Shown piece by piece: positions 37,806 through 47,133 of a stretch of 64,000 nt of DNA. The position numbers and the translations under genes were made by a program. The notes under the pieces are model-generated. The model was given only the letters and a program-made list of their open reading frames with translations. It ran no database searches and was not told where the DNA came from. Location of the stretch: the IMG/VR virus record IMGVR_UViG_3300042901_002277, one strand, 5' to 3'. How positions within the stretch are numbered: position 1 is the first letter of the stretch; every line of letters begins with the position of its first letter. This DNA is from a virus.

Positions 37806-39233
37806 TCATACTATCATAATTTTATGTGTCTTGTTCCAGGCATAAACATCTTCCAAATCGTCAAGAAGGGGTTGCCCCTTTATGTTAAGACTTGTATTTA
37901 GCAATACAGGAATTCCTGTTTTGTTGTTCCATTCAGATAAAAGTCCATAAAGTCCTGGGTGTTGTTTTTTGTTTACCGTTTGAACACGAGATGTTCCGTC
38001 AGCATGAACAACCGCGGGTATTAAGTCTGGTCTTTTACACCTAACCGCATATTGCATATATGGGCTGGCCCTGTCTATTTCGAACCAAGATGAAACATGT
38101 TCTTCAAGGATTACTGGGGCAAAAGGCCTGAATCTTTCTCTCCCCTTAATCCGATTCACTAAGTCTTTTGTTGATTTTTCCCTGGGGTCTGCAAAGATGC
38201 TCCTATTACCCAATGCTCGTGGGCCGAACTCGGCCCTACCTACTGCTACTGGCACTATTTTTTCAGACAAAAGAACACTTAGCGCTTTTTCTACCGGGTA
38301 TTCCCCTGAAATGTTGGTGCCGAGATAAGGTCCATCCCATTCGACGTGACTACCACGAACCGCAACAGCCGCACCGATACTGCTGCCAGCATCGCCCGGG
38401 TTTGGCATTATCCAGATATTTTCAAAAACATCAAACAGGCGGGTATTAGCGGAACAGTTCAGGGCGCACCCACCCATAAATACCAAATTTTTTTTCTTAG
38501 TTTTTTTCTTTGCAAAATTCATAAATTCGACAAGTCTCATCTCATAAACTGCCTGAACCGCTGCGGCTATATGGAATTTGTTTTTTTCTGTCAGCTCAAT
38601 CTGCAAATTTTTAACACCGTAGTGGAAAAAATTGTTTTGCTGGTGTATTGTTGGGAAGAGTTTATTTATCTCAGAAAAGTAAACATTTGAGTCTCCGTAT
38701 GCTGCCATACCCATCATTATGTACTCTTCCTCGTTTGGTTTTAAACCAATATATTGGGTAAAGGCTGAATAAAATAATCCAAAACTAAAAGGGTATCCGT
38801 CGGAATAAACTTTTTTCACCTTATTGCCGCTGGCGGACCAAATTGTTGTTGTTTCGAATTCACCTATTCCGTCTAAAACAACTATCACAGCATCATCAAA
38901 ATTGCTTGTGTAATACCCAGCACAAGCATGAGAGTAGTGATGTTTGAATTTAACTATTTTGGAATTTGGAAAAAATTCAGAGACGCTATCAAATGGATTG
39001 TTGCTTCCACCAAACAGTCTGACCCGCACTTTTTTAGAAAATGGTTTTTCGTAATATGCAATAACATCTGGATTTCCAAATGATAGAGCTTTGTCAATTA
39101 TTTTTCTATTTATATTCCAGTCATTTTTAATTTTACTATAACGTTCTGAGTGTGCAGCAAATAAAATTTTTCCGCTGTCTACAACAGACACTCCAGCATC
39201 GTGCGAGCAAGCGTTTATTCCTAAGATAAGCAT
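37806..39233 (-). CDS. NodU/CmcH-family O-carbamoyltransferase
   Basis: SHDAG, HHYSHA, DGIGE, MGMAAYG, GDAGSSIGAA, EFGPRALGNRSI, RPFAP, HADGTSRVQTV, LNTSLN. Confidence 0.92.
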   Translation of the reverse strand: MLILGINACSHDAGVSVVDSGKILFAAHSERYSKIKNDWNINRKIIDKALSFGNPDVIAYYEKPFSKKVRVRLFGGSNNPFDSVSEFFPNSKIVKFKHHYSHACAGYYTSNFDDAVIVVLDGIGEFETTTIWSASGNKVKKVYSDGYPFSFGLFYSAFTQYIGLKPNEEEYIMMGMAAYGDSNVYFSEINKLFPTIHQQNNFFHYGVKNLQIELTEKNKFHIAAAVQAVYEMRLVEFMNFAKKKTKKKNLVFMGGCALNCSANTRLFDVFENIWIMPNPGDAGSSIGAAVAVRGSHVEWDGPYLGTNISGEYPVEKALSVLLSEKIVPVAVGRAEFGPRALGNRSIFADPREKSTKDLVNRIKGRERFRPFAPVILEEHVSSWFEIDRASPYMQYAVRCKRPDLIPAVVHADGTSRVQTVNKKQHPGLYGLLSEWNNKTGIPVLLNTSLNIKGQPLLDDLEDVYAWNKTHKIMIV

Positions 39234-39248
39234 CTGATAAAAATAACT

Positions 39249-40070
39249 TTAATTTTTGTAAACAAAACCACCATGCCCATTTTTCCCAAAAAATTTAATT
39301 TCATTTTTTGTATCTTGACACAAACTGCCATACCCAAGACCTAGGTCAGAAAACGAAAATGACATATTATCTCTCCTGAAGTCGTTCCAAACCTGCGACC
39401 CATTTAACTCTATAATTTGTTCTTGGTCAAAGAATTCAACAAAATTAACGGCCTCTGGGTTTTTCCTGTATATATCAGCAAATGACTGGGGGCCGGTAAG
39501 TGCGAAGCCAATGAGATTTCTCCCACTTTTAATTTCTTTCAAACATTTATTTTTTACGTTTTCTAAAAGCAATGTGATGAAATAGCCACCAGGTTTTGTT
39601 GCAAAAACCGAATTTGTTATCTCCCTTATAAAATTTTTTCCGTCAATAACTGAATTTGATTTTTCGAGTGTTTCTGAATTATGTTTTTTAAAATCATGAG
39701 TATTTGAGGTTTCTTCATTGCAAAATATATTGGAAGATTCAATAACAAAATCTGCATCCATATTTATAAATGATGATACTGGCTTAATGCATACAGTATC
39801 AATATCTGCATATATCCCACCGTATTTGTATAGACACAGAAGTCTCCAGATATCCGCTTTGGTTATTTCTGAATCAGAAAGTTTAAATATGTTTAACCAC
39901 TCTTTCCCAAAATTGTCAAATATAAAATCTGCAAAGGCAGAATTTGGTACATATTCGTACAAAAAATCTGGATTCTCTACAGACCAAGAAAGGCTTGGTC
40001 CCTGCATATATGCAGGTAAGTCATTTTGAGTTTGGTACTTATGTGTTTGCCATATTTTTTTAGGAATCAT
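39249..40070 (-). CDS. GT32 (OCH1-like) glycosyltransferase
   Basis: MIPKKIWQT; ADIWRLLCLYKYGGIYADID; TGP. Confidence 0.88.
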   Translation of the reverse strand: MIPKKIWQTHKYQTQNDLPAYMQGPSLSWSVENPDFLYEYVPNSAFADFIFDNFGKEWLNIFKLSDSEITKADIWRLLCLYKYGGIYADIDTVCIKPVSSFINMDADFVIESSNIFCNEETSNTHDFKKHNSETLEKSNSVIDGKNFIREITNSVFATKPGGYFITLLLENVKNKCLKEIKSGRNLIGFALTGPQSFADIYRKNPEAVNFVEFFDQEQIIELNGSQVWNDFRRDNMSFSFSDLGLGYGSLCQDTKNEIKFFGKNGHGGFVYKN

Positions 40071-40080
40071 TTATTTCTCT

Positions 40081-40452
40081 CTACCTTATCCAAAAGCCAC
40101 CACAATCCCTCAAAAAAAGATGCGCCAGAATTATCTCGTTTTGTTGCAAAAATATTTTTTGATTTTTCCCCAAAAAATTTGCAATAGATTGTTTATAATC
40201 ATCCAGTTCCACCCTATCGTCACGATATTTTATTAATTGAACGACCATGTGAAGCTTTTCTGAAATGTCTTTACATCGTTCGTGGCTAAATATAATTCCG
40301 CAGTCATTAAGTAACATTTTATTTTTTTCTTCAAAACTAATCGCCTTAATAGACGCTAAAATTTGCAGGAATTCTGGCCATGACCAAATATTCATACGTA
40401 CACAAATACCAAGATGTGAATTTGGGTTTTCCCCAACCATCTCATAAGCCAT
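40081..40452 (-). CDS. Hypothetical protein, paralog of 58476..58994
   Basis: RMNIWSW...FLRDCGGFWI vs RNNVWWW...FLENCGGFQI. Confidence 0.7.
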   Translation of the reverse strand: MAYEMVGENPNSHLGICVRMNIWSWPEFLQILASIKAISFEEKNKMLLNDCGIIFSHERCKDISEKLHMVVQLIKYRDDRVELDDYKQSIANFLGKNQKIFLQQNEIILAHLFLRDCGGFWIR

Positions 40453-40561
40453 AACATAAAGATAGCAGAGCGGATTTCAACGGTTTTTCAATAAAAATCA
40501 AGCAGTCTGGAAATTGATGAAAGTCTCAATTGACTGGTAGCATCCATCCGGGAGGTTTAAT

Positions 40562-40738
40562 ATGCCAGTAAAAGGTGGGTACCAGGCTCGCAAGGACTAT
40601 GAGCGTGAACGCAAAAATCGTAAGCGTATTGAGGCCTATATGAAATTACCCGAGCCAGAACGCTCCAGAAGGCTGGAAGCGAATATTAGGCGCAGAGCAT
40701 ACCAGATGAGATGGACTCAGGAAAAAACAGACTTTTAG
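40562..40738 (+). CDS. 58-aa basic protein (missed by ORF track)
   Basis: GGAGGT SD; MPVKGGYQARKDYERERK...EKTDF. Confidence 0.6.
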   Translation: MPVKGGYQARKDYERERKNRKRIEAYMKLPEPERSRRLEANIRRRAYQMRWTQEKTDF

Positions 40739-40826
40739 TTCATACCCTGTTTATTCCAAAATAGTGGTAATTTCTTTATGTACACGACCTGCTTTGGGAT
40801 TGGCGAGTTTTTTCAGATTTATCCAA

Positions 40827-41162
40827 ATGGCCTCCAACAATAACGCTGACATGCTTTGGCATGATGATGGGCACTCTATAACCCTGCGCATAAACAGGTC
40901 TGAATTGGAAGTTCTTTCTATTACCTGCCCAAAGACCGATGACCGTAAATGCGCCTCCGAAGAACACGACTGTGTTGTTGAGTATTACATTCATCGATTT
41001 GGGATGGAATGCAATGCTGGAGTTTGCCCTGCCGCGGAAAACATACCAATCTGCTGGACGCTTCTCGGAGACCAAAAAAACCTCGACTTAGCGCAAGTCT
41101 GGTTTATGCCAAAAACCGATGACCTTTTCTCGGCATGGCTTATTGCCACTAAAAATATCTAA
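40827..41162 (+). CDS. Cys-rich hypothetical protein
   Basis: Open frame; start MASNN assumed. Confidence 0.6.
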   Translation: MASNNNADMLWHDDGHSITLRINRSELEVLSITCPKTDDRKCASEEHDCVVEYYIHRFGMECNAGVCPAAENIPICWTLLGDQKNLDLAQVWFMPKTDDLFSAWLIATKNI

Positions 41163-41617
41163 AAAGGTTCGTCGTCTTTCTGTTTGGTTGCCGAGGTTTC
41201 TTTCTTTGTCGGCTTCCCAAGTGCTGATATAGCATCAGAAAACTTGCGTATATCAGGGTGTTTTAGAACCTCTTCTTCGTTGACTTTGTAGATATTTTGT
41301 CGGTTCACTTTTGTCTTTGTAATTAACCCTGATGCAATAAGGGTTTTAACAGTTTTGTCAATCATGGTTTCGCTCAAGTCAAGATAAACAGAAATTGCCC
41401 GTTGAGTTAGTTTTGGGTCTTCGCTTAAAACTACGAGAACGCGACCAGCGGTTGACAAAAGACTAATCACGTCGTCGTTGTGGTATCTGAACACCTTCTG
41501 TTTATCGAGGGCTCGCATTACGGCTTCAACAGCGTCCCCTTCTAAATCAGATTGATTGACACCAAGAGCAGCCTGGATGGCTTTTTTTACCTCTTCTGCC
41601 CTATTGTCATTTTTCAT
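41159..41617 (-). CDS. MarR-like winged HTH protein
   Basis: LTQRAISVYLDLSETMIDKTVKTLIASGLI...NRQNIY. Confidence 0.75.
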   Translation of the reverse strand: MKNDNRAEEVKKAIQAALGVNQSDLEGDAVEAVMRALDKQKVFRYHNDDVISLLSTAGRVLVVLSEDPKLTQRAISVYLDLSETMIDKTVKTLIASGLITKTKVNRQNIYKVNEEEVLKHPDIRKFSDAISALGKPTKKETSATKQKDDEPF

Positions 41618-41749
41618 AAAATCTACCTAGGTGTGCCTGTTGTCCAAATCACAATGGTGTAGTATCTCTGTTGGGTCACTGATACCGCACTTGCGGTCTT
41701 AGTGAGCGGAACTCACAAGACCTACAACCTAGGAGATTAGCAGGTAAAT

Positions 41750-42028
41750 ATGCCACTCAAAGACACACTCAAATTAATCGCGGATAAATCCGGAATGGGC
41801 TCGATGTGCAAGTTTGGGAAGATTTATTCCGATATGGACGCAGAGACGAAAGACGCCCTTCGCAGTGCCATGACGAGTAGCGCATCAACAATGGATATCT
41901 GCAGGGCCTTAAACGATGATGGAATCAAAATCCGCAGAGAGTTCTTGGCGGAGAAAAGAAAGTGCTTCTCATCAATTTCAGCAGCATCAAACTGTTGCCT
42001 TAACTCAGAAAGTAACGCACCAAAATGA
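41750..42028 (+). CDS. Hypothetical protein
   Basis: SD-like AGGT; ATGA overlap with phosphoesterase. Confidence 0.65.
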   Translation: MPLKDTLKLIADKSGMGSMCKFGKIYSDMDAETKDALRSAMTSSASTMDICRALNDDGIKIRREFLAEKRKCFSSISAASNCCLNSESNAPK

Positions 42029-43239
42029 CAACAAAAAAGCCAAAATCGAGCATTGCAAAACTAGCTGAAACACAGCGCAAAAACGACTCAAATTCAGCCC
42101 TTGCTGCACAGTTGGCTGATTTGATAATGAAGAACAATATTGACCTTGATGAAATTGGCAATATTCAGAAGGTGTCGATTAGGCACAATATTGGCGCTGA
42201 TAAGAACGGCGTTCCACAAGGCAAGACGACAACAAGCATTCAGTTGTCGCCAAAGTGGGATACTGGTCCAGAATGGCCTTTAATTACGCCAGCTCCAAGG
42301 CCTGCAAAGCAACAACAAAAGTCAAATACAAAACCGAAGTCGATGAAGGGGTGGGAAACTGCTGTAATCGTCCCTGATATACAGTTCGGTTTCTATAAGA
42401 CTGGAGTGGCTCATGATGCACCAATTGCCGCAATTCATGATGATGAGGCCATCTCTGTAGCGCTTCAAGTAATCAAGGATGTAAACCCAGACCAAGTTGT
42501 CATGGTTGGAGACAACCTAGATTTTGCTGAATTTGGCAAATATCTGACGGCCCCAACGTTCAAGCAGATGATTCAGCCAGCAATCGATAGGGCTGCTCAG
42601 TTCCTTGAAGACCTTCGCACCGTTGCTCCAAACGCCAAAATCACATGGATTCAGGGCAATCATGAGAAGCGTCTGCCGATGTATATACAGAACAATGCTG
42701 AAGCCGCTTTCGGAATCACCAGAGGCAAGACCAAGCAAACCTCGCTCCGAGACAACTGGCCAGTGCTATCACTTCCAGTTCTCCTATGGATGGATGACCT
42801 AGACATCCAATATCTATCAGGTTATCCAGAAGCCGCCTACTACCTAAACTCAAATCTACGCGTCGTTCACGGAGACAAAGTGGTTTCAAACGGAAGCACA
42901 ACCAATAAATACCTGAATACAAACTCAGTTTCAGTGATTTATGGTCATATCCATAGAAACGAAATGGCGTTTCAGACCAGAGAAACCGACCAAGGTCCAA
43001 GAACAATCATGGCGGCAAGCCCTGGATGCCTCTGTCGTATCGATGGCGCCGTACCATCAGTTAAATCAGGACTCGACGAGTTCGGCGTACCAATCCTCCA
43101 AGGTGCTGAAAATTGGCAGCAAGGTTTGGGTGTTGTCCAATACCAACCAAAAGGTGTTGGCGGAGAATACTTCAACTACGAGCCAATGTGGATTTTCAAG
43201 GGCAGAGGGGTATTCAGAGGCCAGGAATACGTTGCGTAA
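42025..43239 (+). CDS. Calcineurin-like metallophosphoesterase
   Basis: PDIQ, GDNLD, GNHE, HGD, GHIH. Confidence 0.88.
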   Translation: MTTKKPKSSIAKLAETQRKNDSNSALAAQLADLIMKNNIDLDEIGNIQKVSIRHNIGADKNGVPQGKTTTSIQLSPKWDTGPEWPLITPAPRPAKQQQKSNTKPKSMKGWETAVIVPDIQFGFYKTGVAHDAPIAAIHDDEAISVALQVIKDVNPDQVVMVGDNLDFAEFGKYLTAPTFKQMIQPAIDRAAQFLEDLRTVAPNAKITWIQGNHEKRLPMYIQNNAEAAFGITRGKTKQTSLRDNWPVLSLPVLLWMDDLDIQYLSGYPEAAYYLNSNLRVVHGDKVVSNGSTTNKYLNTNSVSVIYGHIHRNEMAFQTRETDQGPRTIMAASPGCLCRIDGAVPSVKSGLDEFGVPILQGAENWQQGLGVVQYQPKGVGGEYFNYEPMWIFKGRGVFRGQEYVA

Positions 43240-43454
43240 TGGACGAGGAAGAACTTCAGCGCAAGATTATTATCGAAACACTTGAAGAGTGTGTCAAGCT
43301 CGGATTAGTCGAAGTTGTCGGTATTAACGAAGCCGGAGACTGGCTGTATGGTGCAACGGAAAAGGGCAAAGAGGTTCTAAACTCTGCCGAAGGCTACGCT
43401 GCCGCCTATGAAGCAATCCTTGCTATGAGAGAAGACTACGAAGAAGAGGAATAA
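43239..43454 (+). CDS. Small wHTH-like protein
   Basis: TAATG overlap; MDEEELQRK...LGLVE...YGATEKGK. Confidence 0.6.
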   Translation: MDEEELQRKIIIETLEECVKLGLVEVVGINEAGDWLYGATEKGKEVLNSAEGYAAAYEAILAMREDYEEEE

Positions 43455-43459
43455 CCGCC

Positions 43460-44083
43460 ATGACTACAATCATCGGGATACAGGGAGACGGTTTTGCATT
43501 CGCATGCGTTGACTCCCAGATTTCCGATGTTGACGACAATGGTTATGCCACGCAGATAGCAACCCTTAGAGAGTCTTCGTCAAAGTTGAGCTACAACGGC
43601 AGGTATTTGCTTGGAGCGGCAGGAGATGTAAGGGCAATAAATATCCTTCATCATGCCTTCAACCCCCCAATATGTCAACCGACTTTAAAGGGAAAGAAGC
43701 TAGACCAATTTGTTACAGTTAAATTTATCCCAGCCTTAAGAGAGTGCTTCGAGACTCACGGCTACAACTCGCCACAAAATGAGAATTCGGAGCATGTCGC
43801 AGAACATGGTTCGGTCATTTTCATGGCAATCAATGGCGTGATATATGTAATCGACGGAGACTACTCATGGATGTCAGATATGAATGGGGTGTATGCGATT
43901 GGGACTGGCGCGCAATATGCGCTAGGGGCGCTGCATGTCCTGATGCCAAAGACCAAGATGACTATGGCTGTCGCCAAGAAGATTGGAATCAAAGCCATAG
44001 CAACTGCCGCCAGGTTTGACCCATACACCGGCGCGCCGTATCACTCATTTACTACTGGTTCCGAGAAGAAGCCAAGACCTTAA
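43460..44083 (+). CDS. Ntn-hydrolase, proteasome beta-subunit/HslV-like protease
   Basis: N-terminal (M)TTIIG, DSQ, K, GAAGD, AIGTGAQYALG, DPYTG. Confidence 0.8.
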   Translation: MTTIIGIQGDGFAFACVDSQISDVDDNGYATQIATLRESSSKLSYNGRYLLGAAGDVRAINILHHAFNPPICQPTLKGKKLDQFVTVKFIPALRECFETHGYNSPQNENSEHVAEHGSVIFMAINGVIYVIDGDYSWMSDMNGVYAIGTGAQYALGALHVLMPKTKMTMAVAKKIGIKAIATAARFDPYTGAPYHSFTTGSEKKPRP

Positions 44084-44486
44084 CACAGGCTTTACAACTC
44101 CTATTAGGGCGTCCATTAACCATACGGACCCTAGTGTTCTCTTCAGTGAACTCATGACCGCGTAGACAATGAGTCTTAAGCGCCGAAGGATTTTTCCCTT
44201 TTTCGACAGCCATTACGGCCATATCCCTCTCACTAACAGCCAGCAAGTGCTCAGGGTTGATACACCCACTGTTATGACAAGACCGATAGACCTTTAGACC
44301 ATCAGGGATATCACCGTTAAACATAAGGTAGGAAACCCTAGAGGCATGCATGGATACCCCTTGCCACATGAACTGGGGATACTCATTGATAATCTCACCG
44401 TTTAGTTTGGTGAAGTACCAACAACCATCTGTCTTTTTAATTCGTTTTTTAAACACTGTATGGATAGATTTATCCGAAGTTTTCAC
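44052..44486 (-). CDS. HNH endonuclease with C-terminal THC..GH domain
   Basis: GCWYF, ASRVSY, SCHNSGCINPEHL; THCLRGHEFTEENTR..CKAC. Confidence 0.75.
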   Translation of the reverse strand: MKTSDKSIHTVFKKRIKKTDGCWYFTKLNGEIINEYPQFMWQGVSMHASRVSYLMFNGDIPDGLKVYRSCHNSGCINPEHLLAVSERDMAVMAVEKGKNPSALKTHCLRGHEFTEENTRVRMVNGRPNRSCKACVKVLASSRNQ

Positions 44487-44489
44487 CGA

Positions 44490-44756
44490 CTAGCTCCGGC
44501 TCCTCATAATTTCTGCTCTTGTCATAGCGTCTCCGAATACGCCACTACTCATAGCTGTCCTCATGCGGCTTCCACTAGGACGCTCATAAGTACTGCTTGC
44601 TGCAGAGCGAGCGCCAATATCTCCAGGCTTACATGTCAAGCATTGCTTGTACTTTCGACCACTTCCTTTATTCAGAATGCGAACATTGTCATCTGAAAGC
44701 TCGTGCCCCAACTTGCAGTGAGTTCGTTCGGCTCGCTCTTTGACCTGTCGTCCCAT
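44490..44756 (-). CDS. Stand-alone THC..GH Zn-binding domain protein
   Basis: THCKLGHELSDDNVR...CLTC; SD GAAGGA before MGRQ. Confidence 0.6.
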   Translation of the reverse strand: MGRQVKERAERTHCKLGHELSDDNVRILNKGSGRKYKQCLTCKPGDIGARSAASSTYERPSGSRMRTAMSSGVFGDAMTRAEIMRSRS

Positions 44757-44972
44757 GTGATTTCCTTCCTTCGTAGGTACGCACAGACTACACAAAGGAG
44801 AGGAACGAAGCAACAATCAGAGGAAACAAACGCCGCTTAATTTGCTGCCACGGGATTAGCAAATGCTAAGTAGTCCACTATACCTAGAGAGGAATAATAG
44901 ATGTGCTTATATAGGGAGACGTAATTAATGAGAACTCAATAAAGGGTTCTTAAGAAAGATTGCCCAATTATA

Positions 44973-45305
44973 ATGCCCAAACAAAAAAAGGTAAATAAAA
45001 GTGCCCAACCTCAACCAATGCCGTATATCCAAAGATTCGACTGGTTTGAACTAGCAGCCTGTAAAAAAAAGACCGAACTAATGTTTCCCAAAGAACATAA
45101 GGACATTACTTACATTGCACAGGCTAGGGCTATATGCAAGAGCTGCCCTGTGAAGGCTCCGTGTCTAGAGTACGCACTAGAGTTTCCACCGGCAGATATG
45201 CATGGTGTATGGGCTGGATTAACCTCAAGGCAGTTAGCAGCAGAGCAAAGACGCAGGGGAGTAAAGCCAACAAGGCCGACCCTTGCACAGATGTGGGGAA
45301 GCTAA
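44973..45305 (+). CDS. whiB: WhiB-family Fe-S transcription factor
   Basis: W..LAAC...FP...ICKSCPVKAPCLEYAL...GVWAG. Confidence 0.92.
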   Translation: MPKQKKVNKSAQPQPMPYIQRFDWFELAACKKKTELMFPKEHKDITYIAQARAICKSCPVKAPCLEYALEFPPADMHGVWAGLTSRQLAAEQRRRGVKPTRPTLAQMWGS

Positions 45306-45407
45306 TGGAAGCAACCATATGCTCCTGTATTAAGAAGAAGATTCTCCCAACACAGCCTGTATGCGGAGAGAAGTTAGACGACTTCGAAGACTAACGAATC
45401 GCTTCGC

Positions 45408-45752
45408 TCAGCCAACTCTTAAATTACAGGTCTTACAGAACTCCATACCTGATATTTCAGTAAGGTCCTGAACGCATTCCTTTTGACCACAAGGCTGGAG
45501 AAGTCTTTCACCAGTGATGTACGAACGGATTACATCGTCAGCAGTGACTTTAGAGTATTGAGAAGGACCAGGCTCAGGGATATTCTTTTCGTTCCGTATG
45601 AACATAAGGGCCGCATAGGTAATCAGTTGATTGACTGAAACCCCTATTTCATCGGCATAGCGAACAATCTCATTCTTTTGAGCACCCGTAACAGAGAGGG
45701 CAATGCCGTACTTGCGGTTAGGGAACTTGGCTAGTTCTCGCTTACGAACCAT
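45408..45752 (-). CDS. RHH-like protein with C-terminal Cys cluster
   Basis: IALSV..AQK..YADEIGVSVNQLI; PCG..C..FCKTC. Confidence 0.55.
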   Translation of the reverse strand: MVRKRELAKFPNRKYGIALSVTGAQKNEIVRYADEIGVSVNQLITYAALMFIRNEKNIPEPGPSQYSKVTADDVIRSYITGERLLQPCGQKECVQDLTEISGMEFCKTCNLRVG

Positions 45753-45909
45753 CCCGAATAACCAAAGCCTTTATATAGTCTGTAAGGGTAAGGTCGACGG
45801 CTTCAGCTTGGGCAATAAGGCGTTCTTTAAATGCCCTATCCACTTTGATGGTTACAGTCGTATTCTCTTTGACTGGGTGGACAACTGGACGCCCCTGATT
45901 CCGTTTCAT
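45742..45909 (-). CDS. 55-aa ribbon-helix-helix protein (missed by ORF track)
   Basis: MKRNQGRP...TVTIKVDRAFKERLIAQAEAVDLTLTDYIKALV. Confidence 0.7.
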   Translation of the reverse strand: MKRNQGRPVVHPVKENTTVTIKVDRAFKERLIAQAEAVDLTLTDYIKALVIRDGS

Positions 45910-45918
45910 AGCCAGATG

Positions 45919-46059
45919 TTAGCGGATAACTAGGTTATGGATGAGCAGGGCTATATAGGTAACAGAAAGAGCACGAATCCAGAAGGAGGCACGGGAATAC
46001 GAGATGACGAAAATAGCCGCCAGCCCTATAAGGAAGAAGGTGTATTGGATGATTGACAT
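45919..46059 (-). CDS. 46-aa membrane protein (missed by ORF track)
   Basis: MSIIQYTFFLIGLAAIFVISY...; SD GAAAGG. Confidence 0.5.
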   Translation of the reverse strand: MSIIQYTFFLIGLAAIFVISYSRASFWIRALSVTYIALLIHNLVIR

Positions 46060-46246
46060 AGGTGACCTTTCAGACTGCGAGGGTAACTAGGAGACGAATT
46101 GCCCACCAGCATAGCCAGAGGTAGACGGAAATACCGGCAATCCAGAGAAAGGAAACGTATGTCCACTTCCAAAAGACTGAAAAAGAGGCAAAAAACTTGC
46201 GCGCGTGCGGGTTTTTCGTTTCAAAATTTTTTTTGTCAGTGCTCAA

Positions 46247-46720
46247 CTACAAATCCTCCTTTTGTATTGCGTACTTGTCTTGCTCTAGCTTCTGGACCAC
46301 CTGCTCATACGTCCGTACGAAGACCTCTCTATCGCCATTGGTGTGCATGTCGTACGAAACTTCCCCTAATTTATTTAGCGTAATTTTTAGGGCCTCATCG
46401 AAAGGGGGTCTTTCTGTTTGGGCACCGGAATGTACCTCTTTTAATATCCCCTGAAAAATACCCCAAGCAGAATAGGCATCTAAAAATGGGGGTATTTTAT
46501 TACGGGTATCTATTGCGGTGCGTCGTACGTCCCCAGGCCTGGGCATGAACTTGGCGTGTGTCGCTAGCTGGATGAAGGCCGACTTGACTTCCTCGTACTC
46601 TAAGTCGCGCAGTAACTCATGCCATGCGCTAAAGGTTGCCTTCTCATCTACTTTCAGTAGCTGTTGGTTGTAGGTGGCGTATGCCTGCCTGACTATCTCG
46701 ACTGTCTGCTCTTTGGTAAT
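46247..46720 (-). CDS. Helicase loader/inhibitor (G39P-like), probable non-AUG start
   Basis: Frame open 58 codons upstream of M46546: ITKEQTVEIVRQAYATY..AWHELLRDLEY..KFMPRPGDVR. Confidence 0.6.
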   Translation of the reverse strand: MTKEQTVEIVRQAYATYNQQLLKVDEKATFSAWHELLRDLEYEEVKSAFIQLATHAKFMPRPGDVRRTAIDTRNKIPPFLDAYSAWGIFQGILKEVHSGAQTERPPFDEALKITLNKLGEVSYDMHTNGDREVFVRTYEQVVQKLEQDKYAIQKEDL

Positions 46721-47133
46721 CAGAATGGTTCCTCGTTTGTGGTGTCGTCTGATACTAGGGCAAGGAAGCGCTCAATGTGCTCTGAGTCTCGCAGGATGAG
46801 TTCTATATCGTTGTACACACGGTTGTTCTTGTTACGGCCCATGTGGAAGTCTGAGCGAGAGCAGCCGACTATAGCGTCCCTACAGGCGTCTAGTCCATAG
46901 TCGTGTATTGCAGCTCCTATAGCTTGTCTGCGCTTCTCATCTAGTACTACGCGCTTCTTATTGAACGTCAGCACCCAGAAGTCGAATACTTCTTTTATTT
47001 GGTTCTGGTCTACAAGTAAGGACTTCTTGTTCTTACTTATTGTTGCAGCACGGGGGCGTTTTTGAGGTCCCCTTTTCTTAGCTGGTTGGGTCATTTCAAA
47101 AAGCCTTTCCACCACCGTAATATTTGAAGACAT
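46720..47133 (-). CDS. Phage replication initiator-like C-terminal domain protein
   Basis: EVFDFW...DEKRRQAI..AI..YG...AI.G...DFHMGRN; SD AGGGGGAG before MSSN. Confidence 0.55.
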   Translation of the reverse strand: MSSNITVVERLFEMTQPAKKRGPQKRPRAATISKNKKSLLVDQNQIKEVFDFWVLTFNKKRVVLDEKRRQAIGAAIHDYGLDACRDAIVGCSRSDFHMGRNKNNRVYNDIELILRDSEHIERFLALVSDDTTNEEPF

